Below, piece by piece: positions 18,584 through 31,338 of a stretch of 64,000 nucleotides of DNA (position 1 is its first letter; each line of letters begins with the position of its first letter). The notes beneath the pieces are model-generated. The model saw nothing but the letters and a program-made list of their open reading frames with translations. It made no database searches and was not told the DNA's origin. A program made the position numbers and the translations under genes. Origin of the DNA: Dehalococcoidia bacterium. GTDB taxonomy: Bacteria; Chloroflexota; Dehalococcoidia; JAUSIH01. Location: contig JAUSIH010000037.1 of NCBI GenBank assembly GCA_030648205.1, forward strand, positions 3,744-67,743, read 5' to 3'.

Positions 18584-18738
18584 CCCTCCTCCTGATAACG
18601 CGATGGGAAAATGTGGCGAAGCACTGTTTCCCTCACGGGAGCAAGGTCACCATTGCAGACTATATCACAAATAGGATGAGTCATGGCAGTGGGGCATGAT
18701 GCCGCTTGTTGGGGTATAGCACTCGCAGGATGAAGATA

Positions 18739-20769
18739 TTACTTCTCCCGGCGCTCCAGCACTTTGACGGCTCCCGCTGACAGCGTCTCAACATAGGTGT
18801 CTTTCAGGTACCGCACGATCTCTGGCTCCATCACGTCGATCGGGACGCCCCAAAGGGATGCGCCGTCGTATATGACGAACCGGGTCTTGTCGCGTTCAAG
18901 GTCCGCGATGACGCGCCGCCTGTCCTCCCGCGTGTTAGGCATGAGAAAGAAGTCGAATCGTGTGCTGCTCGTGCGGTCGGTCAGGAAATAGTAAACCGGT
19001 GAGTACGAAAAAACGAAGATGTGCTCGGACGGCGCCGTGCGCTCTCGAATAAAACGCACGACGCTTTCAATCTCGCCTCGCGTCTTTTGCGTGACCCACA
19101 TGCCCTCGGCGCGGGGAATGGTGAGCTGTACCGCCTCCTCGCCGTACCATGCCTGGTACGGCACGGGTGCGCCAAGAGCGGCGCGGAGTTTGAGGATGGT
19201 TTGCTGGGCGAATGGCCCGGACGCTGTGCTGTACGCCCCGTACAGCACAAGCCCTCCCGCAAGGGCCGCGACGGCGAGGCCGCGGGCTGCCATCACCCCG
19301 GGCGCGCCTCGCCTTGGCCAAAGGTCATCCATATATATCCAGGCCAGGATGGTGACCGGAGGAAGCGTGCCGACGATGGACCATGCGGCGCTGAGGGAGA
19401 GGGTGTAGGGGAAAAGGGCGACACCGAGGACGACGAGGCCGAGCTTGAGCGCATCCCTGGTATCGAACCGTCGTTTGACCAGACGAACCGCGAGACTCGC
19501 GCACACGGTCATGTACAGGGCCACTGGCAGATAGTCGGCGAGGGCCAGGGCGAGGCGGCCCACGCCGTGGGGTGGGAAGACGCCGCTGGACACGCTACGG
19601 GACAAAAGGTCCGCCGCTTCAAGCAGGCCCGCCCGGAGGTCGGGGTAAGGGATGCCAGGGTAGCTGGACACGCGATAGCCGGCGAAGGAGACGACGTTGT
19701 GGACATAAGCGGCAAGGGCGCCGTTGAGCGCAAGAAAGGCCAGGACAGGTATGGCGACCACTGCCACGCCGAGGGCGGCCCATGCCGCGGAAGTCAGCGA
19801 TGCGCGCGGGTCTCGCCTCTCCCAGGCGTTTGCGACCAGCATCACCGCGATTGCCGCGAGCGCGGCCACGCCCGTCTCCTGGCTGTAGAACAGCGCGAAG
19901 CCCGCAAGCAGGCCGGAAGCTGTCATCAGCAGGCGCGCGCGCCTCTCGCGCGCCAACCAGCAGAGAAAGACGGCCACAACGGCGGGTGTCGTCCTGAACA
20001 CGGCGCTTTGCATGCCAGGAAACAGGGGAAAGTGAATGACGATTGCCAGGACCGCTCCGGTGTAAGCCAGGAGACGCCAGCGCAGGACGCGGCGTAGCAT
20101 CAGCGCAATGGATACGAGCGCGATCAGGTTGAGAATGAAGTTGAAGACGCGCAGGGTCAACACGGATGCGCCGACGAGCGACATGGCCGCGGCCAGCGGA
20201 TACTCCATAAGCGGACCGTACAACAGGTGTGTGTCTCGGTAGAGCACGCCGCCATGCAGGACGGTATTGGCCCAACTCAAGTGCATCCCCTGGTCCTGCA
20301 GGAAGACCCAGTCCGCGCCGGTCCCCCAGAAGATGACGGGGCTGTAGGCAAGCAGAAGGACACCGGCAGCGGCCAGAGCTGCTTCCAGGAGGGTGAGTGG
20401 AGGAGAGGACACCGACGGAGGAGCGGGCTCCAAGGCGCGATATGGGGCGACGTTGATGTTATCCGCGCGGCGGGATGCCAGGAGCGCCCATGCGAGCCAG
20501 AAGATGAGGGCGACGCCGACCGTCAAAAACATCCAGAGAAGATAGTGGATGTTTTCCTTGTACTTGACGTACCCGCTCAGCGTGCCGGGGCTGATGATAC
20601 CCTGCGCCCTGGCGCTTTCCAGGGACTCCACACCGACGGGCCAGACGCTCGTTGCGACATAGGCGGCCAGCAGCCCGAGAGCAAGCCCCGCGGCGAGAGC
20701 GATGTTGCCTGTGGAAGCATTTTCCGGACGGGAGGCAAACTGTGTCGCCTTGAGGAAGGCTGCCTTCAT
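18739..20769 (-). CDS. large polytopic membrane protein, probable GT-C-type glycosyltransferase
   Basis: 676 aa with more than 12 hydrophobic helices and a soluble C-terminal domain. Operon partner of the GT2 gene. No catalytic motif verified. Confidence 0.5.
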   Translation of the reverse strand: MKAAFLKATQFASRPENASTGNIALAAGLALGLLAAYVATSVWPVGVESLESARAQGIISPGTLSGYVKYKENIHYLLWMFLTVGVALIFWLAWALLASRRADNINVAPYRALEPAPPSVSSPPLTLLEAALAAAGVLLLAYSPVIFWGTGADWVFLQDQGMHLSWANTVLHGGVLYRDTHLLYGPLMEYPLAAAMSLVGASVLTLRVFNFILNLIALVSIALMLRRVLRWRLLAYTGAVLAIVIHFPLFPGMQSAVFRTTPAVVAVFLCWLARERRARLLMTASGLLAGFALFYSQETGVAALAAIAVMLVANAWERRDPRASLTSAAWAALGVAVVAIPVLAFLALNGALAAYVHNVVSFAGYRVSSYPGIPYPDLRAGLLEAADLLSRSVSSGVFPPHGVGRLALALADYLPVALYMTVCASLAVRLVKRRFDTRDALKLGLVVLGVALFPYTLSLSAAWSIVGTLPPVTILAWIYMDDLWPRRGAPGVMAARGLAVAALAGGLVLYGAYSTASGPFAQQTILKLRAALGAPVPYQAWYGEEAVQLTIPRAEGMWVTQKTRGEIESVVRFIRERTAPSEHIFVFSYSPVYYFLTDRTSSTRFDFFLMPNTREDRRRVIADLERDKTRFVIYDGASLWGVPIDVMEPEIVRYLKDTYVETLSAGAVKVLERREK

Positions 20770-21058
20770 ACAATGCCCTGGGAGACGGGGTTATCAGGCA
20801 TGGGCTCCTGCCTATCAGATGCACCGACGCGCAGACTGGTTGAAATGGACTATTACTATACATGGCCCGATGGTCGCACGCAAAGAGGGGGACTTACACA
20901 GTCTCTCCGCGCGGTCGCCTTTTATACAGGGGTATTGTTCCTGGGTCTCCTATCAAGCGAGGCCCTAGAAGATGTCAGTCACGAGGTAACCGACAGAGAC
21001 GTGCGCGCCAGGACTGGATTTGACAAGCTGCGCGCGCTTGAGCGCAAGCTCATCGTGA

Positions 21059-21424
21059 TCAGCGGGCGCCTTTCGCCTTGGGCTTCTTTGGCGGAAGTGA
21101 CGCGGCGTAAGCAAAGGTCTTCTCAAGCCAGACCAGGATATCGCCTTCCGCGTTCAGCAAGGCCTGGGGAACAAGCACATAGTCCCCCATAGTGCGGCCC
21201 GGCATGGGATCGAACGGCTTTGAATCTGGGAGCCTGAGGAAGGCGGCGCAATCAGAGGGCGACAGCCGGAGCACGAACGAGTCCTGGTGCAGCCCCGCGA
21301 ACATGTGCCCGTTGGCGAACGCGGCGGGATAGCCGAACATCTTGCGCTTCGCCGCCTCGGGTAGGGACTGCATGGTGACCTCGAAGAGGCGGACCATCTT
21401 GCTTGGCGCAGGCTGCCATTTCAT
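21059..21424 (-). CDS. TfoX N-terminal-domain family protein
   Basis: 'MFGYPAAFANGHMFAGLHQDSFVLRLS' matches the TfoX_N-like motif. Confidence 0.55.
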   Translation of the reverse strand: MKWQPAPSKMVRLFEVTMQSLPEAAKRKMFGYPAAFANGHMFAGLHQDSFVLRLSPSDCAAFLRLPDSKPFDPMPGRTMGDYVLVPQALLNAEGDILVWLEKTFAYAASLPPKKPKAKGAR

Positions 21425-21513
21425 GACGCGACTCCCCGCTGCTGCCCGGATTAAGCGAAGGACATGTGTTGAGAACAGTGTGTTTGGCTAATGCTGGCGG
21501 GCGCTGCCAATCG

Positions 21514-22212
21514 CTACATCAGCCCCTTCACCGCCCGCTGGACAACCCGGTTCGCGATGTCCACTTTTGCCTTGGTCTCCCTTTTCAGGTCGTCCACATG
21601 GAGAGGCTGGTTCTCGGCCAGTGCCTCTTGGGCTCTCCTATCGATTAAATCCAGCATGTCTTTCTTCAGATTGTCAAACTCCTCGCCCGCCTGCTTCACT
21701 GCTCGGGACGCCAGCGGCGTGGTGCTGAAGCCCAGGACAGACAGGAAGCCCGTCCATGAAGCGCCCACGAAAATGGCCTGGAACTGCTTCGGCAAGGTGA
21801 CGTCAAAGCCCTCGACTTTCACCTTGTCGGACAGAAGCGCGGCGATTGCGCCGCCAAGGACCGCGTACAGGACGAAGCCGAGAAGGCGGGTGGTCACCTG
21901 CCCCTGCTTGATCTCGCGCTCCAGCTTCTCCAGGCGTTGGCGGTCGTCTTCCAGCTCGCGCTGGGCCGTGTCAAGGGCCTTGCCGAGCTGGTCCAATTGC
22001 GCCTGGGGAAGCGTGCTCTTCTGGAGCGTGTCCTGTATCTTGTCGATCTCCTCGCGGGTCTTCTTGTTGTGCTCCCGCAGGTCTTTCGCCTCCTGGTCCG
22101 TGTCAATAGTGTCAAAGAAGGGGCGAAACTCAGGGATGACCTCCTGCTGGGCGATGTAGATGGTGATGAGTGCACCGAGCACGCCCAGGGCGAACAGAAT
22201 CAAGAAGTCCAT
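21514..22212 (-). CDS. membrane-anchored coiled-coil protein, unknown function
   Basis: N-terminal TM ('FLILFALGVLGALITIYIA'), a long heptad-rich region and a second TM in the middle. Confidence 0.5.
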   Translation of the reverse strand: MDFLILFALGVLGALITIYIAQQEVIPEFRPFFDTIDTDQEAKDLREHNKKTREEIDKIQDTLQKSTLPQAQLDQLGKALDTAQRELEDDRQRLEKLEREIKQGQVTTRLLGFVLYAVLGGAIAALLSDKVKVEGFDVTLPKQFQAIFVGASWTGFLSVLGFSTTPLASRAVKQAGEEFDNLKKDMLDLIDRRAQEALAENQPLHVDDLKRETKAKVDIANRVVQRAVKGLM

Positions 22213-22706
22213 GGCAGTTCCTCCTTTGCGGCGCTAGCTTACGTCCCCCAACCGAAACACCTTGCTCTCGCGGATTGTGGAAACACCCGTGTGCCGTGCT
22301 TCCCGTTCGGGAAGGTGATCCGCTTTGTGTTTTCCGTTCGCGTCACCTCTATTTCGGGCGCGAACTCGGCTTTATTCTACACCCGCTGTCCATCCCTGCC
22401 GGAGGGCGGGAAGCGCGGCATGAGCACAAACTCCGTGACCGTGTAGTCGCCTGTGCAACAGCCCGGGTTTCTAGGACATGTGCCGGCCACCGCCCGCCCT
22501 TGGGCGCTTCCTCGCTTCGGAATGAGGAGATTCGCGGCGCTGCCAGCGTGAGGGTGCTGGAAGCTATTCCGCACCTAAGTATGTCGGCTTCCTTGGACCC
22601 AACCGGCATGCTATAATACAGATACTTACCCACCAGTCTGTTCCTGGCGCTATCTTCTCATTGAGGCTCTCGCGGAACGGCAAGCAGACAGGAGGGTCTT
22701 ATCCCT

Positions 22707-22735
22707 TTACACACAGATAGGCAATCTCGTATAAT
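22707..22735 (+). promoter_or_regulatory. sigma70-like promoter TTACAC-17-TATAAT upstream of the S1-like gene
   Basis: -35 at 22707-12, -10 at 22730-35. It sits at the 3' end of an unusually long (535-nt) non-coding region. Confidence 0.5.
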
Positions 22736-22748
22736 GAAACTGTAACTT

Positions 22749-23946
22749 ATGACATCTACATCGTCGGACAGCCCTTCCGAGACGCCAAACGGAATGCAGA
22801 AACTCCTGGAGCAAGAAAAAGGACAGGGGTATAAGAGTCTGCGCCGTGGGGACGTGACTGAAGGGATTGTCATGCGAATGGACAAGGACGGCATCCTTGT
22901 CAGCCTGGGCCTGAAGTCCGAGGGACTGGTGCCCGCGCAAGAGATGCGGACGCTGAGTCCGCAGGCCCTGGGCAGAATGCACGTGGGAGACCGCGTTCTC
23001 GCCACCGTCATACGTGGAGAGAACGAGTTTGGGGAAGTCCTCCTGTCGGTGGACCAGGCCCGGAGCGAGGTGGGTTGGCGGCTCCTGGAAAAGGGCCTGG
23101 AGAGCGCCGAGGCGATTGAGGTGGAGGTGACGGGCAACAACAAGGGGGGCTTGCTGGTTGACGTGGAAGGCGTTCAGGGCTTTATTCCACTCTCTCAGAT
23201 GGGGTTGATGATACGTGCGGATGACCCCCAGGCGCAGGAGAAGCTGGACAGCCTGACAGGCCAGTCCATGCGGTGTAAGGTCATCGAGTTGAACCGCCGC
23301 CGCAACCGGGTCATCCTGTCGGAGCGAGCGGCGCTCCAGGAGAAAAGGGCGCAGCAGAAGGAGCTCCTTCTGGCTGGGCTCAAGGAAGGGGATGTGCGCC
23401 ACGGACGGGTGACCGGAGTGACCACCTTCGGGGCGTTCGTGGACATCGGCGGGGCCGAGGGACTGGTGCACATCTCCGAGATGTCGTGGGAGCAGGTCGC
23501 CACGGCTGACCAGGTGGTCAAAGTGGGCGACGACGTGGAAGTCTACGTCCTCAAAGTGGACGCGGAGACCAAGAAGATAGCATTGAGCCTCCGGCGGCTG
23601 AAGCCGGAGCCGTGGCAGACGGTCACCGATCGGTATCAGGTGGGGCAGATTGTGAGCGGGATCATCACAAAGTTAACGACCTTTGGGGCCTTCGCGCGGA
23701 TTGAGGGGTCCGTGGAAGGTCTTGTCCACATATCGGAGCTGAGCGACCGTCCCATTCGACACCCCAAGGAGGTGGTGAAGGAGGGCGACACGGTACCTTT
23801 GAAGGTCCTGCGGATTGAGCCCGAGCGGCACCGCCTGGGCCTCAGCCTGCGTCAGGCGCTGGAGGCGGGCGCGGAGCCAGGGCTCTCAGTCAGCGCCGGT
23901 GCGCCGCAGAGCGCCGGGGGGGAAGCTGCTACGACGGGAGAGGAAC

Positions 23947-23954
<8 letters not shown>
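22749..23954 (+). CDS. rpsA: 30S ribosomal protein S1-like (four S1 domains)
   Basis: Four repeated S1 modules ('GDVTEGIV..', '[17 protein letters not shown]', '[22 protein letters not shown]', '[22 protein letters not shown]'). Confidence 0.8.
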
Positions 23955-26415
<2,461 letters not shown>

Positions 26416-26419
26416 GTCT

Positions 26420-26700
26420 GTTGCAAACCCTCACCCCCTGCCCCCGCTCCCTTTACGAAAGGGAGCGGGGGTATTGAATCTGGGGGTATCCCCCAGGCCC
26501 CCGCCAGAGGGACTGCGGCCCCTCTGGACACCCCAAAATGGGCCTTCGCGAGCGCCCCATGTGTTCTGTAGGCTCTGCTTCTATTGAGATGCAGGTCAAA
26601 GCTCTGCCGGGGTCTGGGGTGTCCCCAGAAGTCTTATCTCCCCCTTTCCCGCAGGAGAGGGGGAGAGGTGAGTATCTGAAGAAACAAGGCTTGTGCCGCA
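26420..26700. repeat. MITE-like repeat (module 'ctgggggt.tcccccag.cccccgccagaggg...cccctctgg')
   Basis: Near-identical module at 28470-28530 and 37440-37495. Second partial copy at 26620-26690. Confidence 0.7.
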
Positions 26701-26850
26701 GGGTAGGCGCCCGGCCTTTTGGACGGTCTAGGCTGCCAGCAGACGGAAGACGGACGTTCCAGCGGATGGGGAAGCGCAACGCTTCCCCATCTGTGTTTCC
26801 GGCGGGTGGCCCGCTATAGCTCTGCTATAATGTGGCCGGAGATAAGACTG

Positions 26851-28281
26851 ATGCCGCGCCAGCGTTCACGGATGTCCTTTTTCTGCAAGGAGTGCGGAGC
26901 GGAAAGCCCCAAGTGGGCGGGTTCCTGTCCCGCGTGCGGCCACTGGAACACAATGGTGGAAGCGCCCGCCGCCGGGCCCGCGACCTCTGGCGCCCGCTCC
27001 TGGCTCTCGTCCGCGGAGGCGGCGCCGCAGGAGCTGGCTACGCTGGCCCCCGCGGCCCGCGCGCGCCTGCCCGTGCATATCGGCGAGGTGGACCGCGTCC
27101 TGGGCGGTGGCATCGTGCCCGGCTCGCTGGTCCTGGTAGGCGGCGACCCCGGCATCGGCAAGTCCACCCTGCTGCTGCAGGTGGCGGCGTCCGCGGTGGA
27201 GGCCCTGGGACCGGTGCTCTACGTCTCCGGCGAGGAGTCGGCCCAGCAGATACGCCTGCGCGCCGAGCGTCTGGGCATCTCCGGCAAGGGCCTGTTCCTG
27301 TGCGCCGAGACGTCGCTGGAGGCTGTCCTGCGCCACATGGACGCCATGAAGCCCGCTCTGGGCATTGTGGACTCCATTCAGACGGTGTGGGCGGAGGACG
27401 TGGCGGGCGCGGCGGGAAGCGTGGCGCAGGTGCGGGAGTGCGCCCTGCGGCTCATGCAGTGGGCCAAGGCGCGCGGCACGCCCGTCTTCATCACCGGCCA
27501 CGTGACCAAGGAGGGGGCCATCGCCGGGCCGCGCGTGCTGGAGCACATGGTGGACGCGGTGCTGTACCTGGAGGGGGAGTCCTTCGGCGCCTACCGCATT
27601 CTGCGCGGGGTCAAGAACCGCTTCGGCTCCACGAACGAGGTGGGCGTCTTCGAGATGACGGACAGGGGCATGCGCGAGGTGGCGAACCCGTCGCTGGCGT
27701 TCCTTTCGCCGCACGCTGCGCCCGCTCCGGGCGTGGCCATCGTGCCGACGCTGGAGGGCACGCGGCCCCTGCTGGCGGAGGTGCAGGCGCTGACATCGCC
27801 GTCGCAGTTCGGCACGCCGCGGCGCACGGCCAACGGCGTGGACCTGAACCGGCTGCACCTTATGACGGCGGTGCTGGGCCGGCGGCTGCGCGTCCCGCTG
27901 GGGAACCAGGATGTCATCGTTAACGTGGTGGGCGGCCTGCGCATTGACGAGCCCGCCGCCGACCTGGGCATTGCGCTGGCCATCGTGTCCAGCTTCCGCA
28001 ACGTGCCCGTGCGCGACAAGATGGTGGTCGTGGGCGAGGTCGGGCTGAGCGGCGAGCTGCGCCCCGTGAGCCAGACGGACCGGCGTCTGGCGGAGGCGGC
28101 CAGCCTGGGGTTCCGCGCGTGCCTGCTGCCGAGCGCCGCCATGCCCGCGGCGCCGCCGGAGGGGCTGGAGTTGTTGCCCGCCGCTACGCTGCGGGAGGCG
28201 GTGCGATTGGCTATGCCGCTCGCGGCGAAGCCGGACGAACGGGATGCGGAAGATGACCTGGTGTTTGAGGACAAGTCATGA
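26851..28281 (+). CDS. radA: DNA repair protein RadA/Sms
   Basis: Zinc finger 'CKECGAESPKWAGSCPACGHWNT', RecA-like Walker A 'GGDPGIGKST', 'KNRFG' motif and a Lon-like C-terminal domain. The start is the ATG at 26851 or 26872. Confidence 0.9.
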   Translation: MPRQRSRMSFFCKECGAESPKWAGSCPACGHWNTMVEAPAAGPATSGARSWLSSAEAAPQELATLAPAARARLPVHIGEVDRVLGGGIVPGSLVLVGGDPGIGKSTLLLQVAASAVEALGPVLYVSGEESAQQIRLRAERLGISGKGLFLCAETSLEAVLRHMDAMKPALGIVDSIQTVWAEDVAGAAGSVAQVRECALRLMQWAKARGTPVFITGHVTKEGAIAGPRVLEHMVDAVLYLEGESFGAYRILRGVKNRFGSTNEVGVFEMTDRGMREVANPSLAFLSPHAAPAPGVAIVPTLEGTRPLLAEVQALTSPSQFGTPRRTANGVDLNRLHLMTAVLGRRLRVPLGNQDVIVNVVGGLRIDEPAADLGIALAIVSSFRNVPVRDKMVVVGEVGLSGELRPVSQTDRRLAEAASLGFRACLLPSAAMPAAPPEGLELLPAATLREAVRLAMPLAAKPDERDAEDDLVFEDKS

Positions 28282-28329
28282 CCGCTACGTCTCCGCATAC
28301 TGCGTCTTCTTTCCCCTTCGACGGGCCCG

Positions 28330-28540
28330 TCCTTCGACAAGCTCAGGACGAGCGGAAGATTGCCCCGCTCATGGTGAGCCTGTCGAACCATGAGCTTGCG
28401 CCTGCACCGTTGGGCCAGAATCCCTCACCCCCTGTGTCCCCCTCTCCCCAGGAGAGGGGGAGAGAAATGAATCTGGGGGTGTCCCCCAGACCCCCGCCAG
28501 AGGGGGACAACCCCTCTGGACTCCCCGCACATGGGCTGTC
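28330..28540. repeat. MITE-like repeat overlapping the 5' end of the larE-like gene
   Basis: Modules 'cgctcatggtgagcctgtcgaaccatgag' and 'ctgggggtgtcccccagacccccgccagagggggacaacccctctgg'. Confidence 0.7.
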
Positions 28541-29366
28541 GGAGAGGGCTCTCGACCAGAAGCTGGAGGCCCTGCACGCCCTGCTCCGCGAGATGGGTTC
28601 GGTCGTCGTCGCGTATTCGGGCGGCGTGGACAGCACCTTTGTCGCCGCTGTTGCCTGCGACGCGCTCGGCGACCGGGCGCTCGCCGTGACCGCCGTGTCG
28701 CCGCAGATTACGGACGTGGAGCTGGCGGAGGCGAAGGAGCTTGCCGTGCGCATCGGCGTCCGGCACATCGCCCTCGATACGCTGCAGATGGAGGACGCGA
28801 ACTTCGTCCGGAACGACGCGCGCCGCTGCTACTTCTGCAAGACGGAGCTGTACACGAAGCTGTCGCCCATCGCCCGCGCGCGGGGCTTCGCGTGGGTCGT
28901 GAACGGCACGAATACCGACGACCTGGGCGACTACCGCCCCGGCCTGGATGCGGCGGCGGAGCACCGCGTGCGCAGCCCGCTGGTGGAGGCGGGCGTCTCC
29001 AAGGCGGAGGTGCGGGAGCTGTCGCGGCGTCGCGGCCTACCTACGTGGGACAAGCCCGCCTCGCCGTGCCTGGCATCGCGGCTGCCGTACTGGACGCGCG
29101 TCACCGTCGAGGCGCTGACGATGGTGGGCCGCGCCGAGGCCTATCTGCATAGCCTGGGTATCCGCGAGGCGCGCGTGCGCCACCACGGCGACCTCGCCCG
29201 CATTGAGGCGGACGCGGCGGGCATGGCGCTGCTGGCGCGGGAGGACGTGCGCGCGCAGGTGAAGGAGCGGCTGCGGTCGTTCGGCTACGCGCGCGTGGAA
29301 GTGGACCCGAGAGGGTTTCGCAGTGGCAGCCTGAACGAGGCGTTGGGACGGAGGAGCGGCCCGTGA
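28467..29366 (+). CDS. larE: PP-loop ATPase, LarE-like (ATP-dependent sacrificial sulfur transferase family)
   Basis: 'LREMGSVVVAYSGGVDSTFVAAVA' is the PP-loop SGGxDS. 'CYFCK' and the C-terminal region match LarE/TIGR00268. The start is uncertain. The only in-frame ATG with an SD (28467) lies inside the repeat. Confidence 0.65.
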   Translation: MNLGVSPRPPPEGDNPSGLPAHGLSERALDQKLEALHALLREMGSVVVAYSGGVDSTFVAAVACDALGDRALAVTAVSPQITDVELAEAKELAVRIGVRHIALDTLQMEDANFVRNDARRCYFCKTELYTKLSPIARARGFAWVVNGTNTDDLGDYRPGLDAAAEHRVRSPLVEAGVSKAEVRELSRRRGLPTWDKPASPCLASRLPYWTRVTVEALTMVGRAEAYLHSLGIREARVRHHGDLARIEADAAGMALLAREDVRAQVKERLRSFGYARVEVDPRGFRSGSLNEALGRRSGP

Positions 29367-29785
29367 GGCGACATCATAAGCTAGCCATCGTCCTTGTCGT
29401 GACCGCCGTGACTCTGGCGGTGCTGGTCGCGCGGCTGAGCGTGTCGTCAATCGTCCACGCGCCGACGAAGCCGCCCGAATACACGGCGTCGGACAGCCGC
29501 ATCGAGGCGCGCGTAGGCGAGACGTTCGTGATTGTGCTTGAGTCCAATCGCACGACGGGCTATGGCTGGGCGCTGGCGGAGCAGCCGAACGCGGCGGTGG
29601 TGACGCTGGTCGGCTCGGAGTATGTTGCGCGGGGCGTCGGCATTCCCGGCCAGGGCGGCGAGGAGCGCTGGACGTTCCGCGCGGCGGGCGCGGGCGCGGC
29701 GGCGTTGCGGCTGGCGTACATGCGGCCGTGGGAGAAGGATATGCCGCCCGCGAAGACGCAGACGTATGCGGTGAGCGTGAGGTAA
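29363..29785 (+). CDS. chagasin-family (I42) peptidase inhibitor-like secreted protein
   Basis: N-terminal TM/signal and 'NRTTGYGW' (chagasin motif NPTTGYxW). About 140 aa, the typical size. Confidence 0.55.
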   Translation: MRRHHKLAIVLVVTAVTLAVLVARLSVSSIVHAPTKPPEYTASDSRIEARVGETFVIVLESNRTTGYGWALAEQPNAAVVTLVGSEYVARGVGIPGQGGEERWTFRAAGAGAAALRLAYMRPWEKDMPPAKTQTYAVSVR

Positions 29786-29882
29786 GGGGAGGCGCTGCGC
29801 TCGTTCGGCTACACTTGCGTCGAGGTTTGACTCACGGGGGTACAGGGGCGGGAGTTGAATGAGGGAGTGAGATTACAGAGCA

Positions 29883-30965
29883 ATGAAGTATCGAAACGAG
29901 CTTGAAGAACACCGTGCACTCGAATATCAACGCTGGAACAAGAAGCGGAAATTTAGGCAGACTGTTACTGTAATGTTGATCCTTGGGGCAGTAGCAGCCG
30001 TTATCGGCACTGTTGCTCTACTGGTACCCACTATCAAGCCTGACCAACAACTAACACGAGTCACTCAGTTCCTGCAAAGTCTTTCCCCGTCCACTGATAT
30101 TTCATCCGCATCAAAGGCGCTTGCTTTCCCAACTTCAGATAGCTATGCGGCGCAACCACCTGTTGCTTTAGCTACCGTTACACCGGATGCGATCAAATTG
30201 AGGTCCGAACTTCCACGGGACGTTTATGAGCAGTTTTATAACGACTTCTACGCGGGATGTGTAGATCCTCCGCGAGACAAGCTTGGAGTCGCGAAAACCT
30301 GGTCAGGCACTGGGAATTCTACGGTCATCATTCCACCACAGTTCGGCACTTATTTTCTTGTGCTCATTGCCAATCCATCCTCCTCGGGCTGGCGTTTTGA
30401 TAGCGTCCTTGACACAGGCTCCAGTGGCAAGAAACAGTCCCTAAGAGTCAGCAGCACAGCACCTACGGTGCTGACCGATTCGCAGGAATGGTGTACGATG
30501 GGCGCCGGTGTCCCACGTCCATACGCACTTGAAATCCAGTCCCAAAACTTAGCTTGGACAGTTCATTTAGTGACCTCTGGCGGCCAGAGCGTGCTCTCCA
30601 AGGCTGTCAACGATTCGTTATCTGGCTATTATGGTGTATGTCCAGCGGTACCTCCTGTGGGTAGTTTAGGTGTCCTGAGAACATGGAGTAGTACTCAAGG
30701 CAATATGCAGCAATCTATAGAGTTTGCAGGTGGGCCTCCCTTTTACTTCTTAGGGGTAAGATTCGAGCCGTTGCAAAAGGAATGGAGCTTTGAAAGTACC
30801 GAGATCAATGGCAACCGCCGGGTGGCTGGTCCGAAAGTCTCCTATCAAACCGGTGAGAGGGTTAACTTTACAGCCACATGTCCGGATGGCCCTGGGTTAG
30901 GGCATCTGGACATCCAGTCGCAAGGAGGAGATTGGACTATTTACCTGATAGGTGTCCGTAGGTAA
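29883..30965 (+). CDS. hypothetical membrane-anchored protein with internal duplication, encoded in an AT-rich island
   Basis: N-terminal TM ('VTVMLILGAVAAVIGTVALLV'). Two ~100-aa repeats both end in '...IQSQ..W T(V/I)(H/Y)L(V/I)'. Local GC is ~48% versus ~67% in the flanks. Confidence 0.5.
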   Translation: MKYRNELEEHRALEYQRWNKKRKFRQTVTVMLILGAVAAVIGTVALLVPTIKPDQQLTRVTQFLQSLSPSTDISSASKALAFPTSDSYAAQPPVALATVTPDAIKLRSELPRDVYEQFYNDFYAGCVDPPRDKLGVAKTWSGTGNSTVIIPPQFGTYFLVLIANPSSSGWRFDSVLDTGSSGKKQSLRVSSTAPTVLTDSQEWCTMGAGVPRPYALEIQSQNLAWTVHLVTSGGQSVLSKAVNDSLSGYYGVCPAVPPVGSLGVLRTWSSTQGNMQQSIEFAGGPPFYFLGVRFEPLQKEWSFESTEINGNRRVAGPKVSYQTGERVNFTATCPDGPGLGHLDIQSQGGDWTIYLIGVRR

Positions 30966-31050
30966 AAAGACAGCTTAGAGTCAACCACATTGAGGGCGAC
31001 AGCTCGATTGCTTTAGAAGTTGGCAGCAGTTGTAAAGGAGGATAGCAGTC

Positions 31051-31338
31051 ATGCCGAAAGGAAAGTCCAAACGCGGCAATGCGCACACGTCCGAAAACCT
31101 TGTCCTTCACTTTATGGCAATTCCGACCATTGTCCTAATTAGTATCTATGTCGCCGGCACTCTCGTCGAAAGCCTTTTCGGTCTGCCTGGAGCAATCAAG
31201 TATATCTTTTTGGGTATTGGCGGCACAGGCTTTGTAGTAGTTTATTTCAATCGAGAAATCAAGGCCCATTTTCAAATAGACATGGCCAGCGGAGCCAACA
31301 AACTTTACCAGACACTCAAAAATAGCAAGAAAAGCTAA
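31051..31338 (+). CDS. small two-TM membrane protein (in AT-rich island)
   Basis: 95-aa ORF with two hydrophobic helices and low-GC codon usage like its neighbour. Confidence 0.35.
   Translation: MPKGKSKRGNAHTSENLVLHFMAIPTIVLISIYVAGTLVESLFGLPGAIKYIFLGIGGTGFVVVYFNREIKAHFQIDMASGANKLYQTLKNSKKS

Noticed and set aside
20227-21192. 321-aa plus-strand ORF
   Set aside because: Its 5' half is antisense to the 676-aa membrane protein gene. The remainder crosses a non-coding region and the TfoX-like gene antisense. It has no domain signature.
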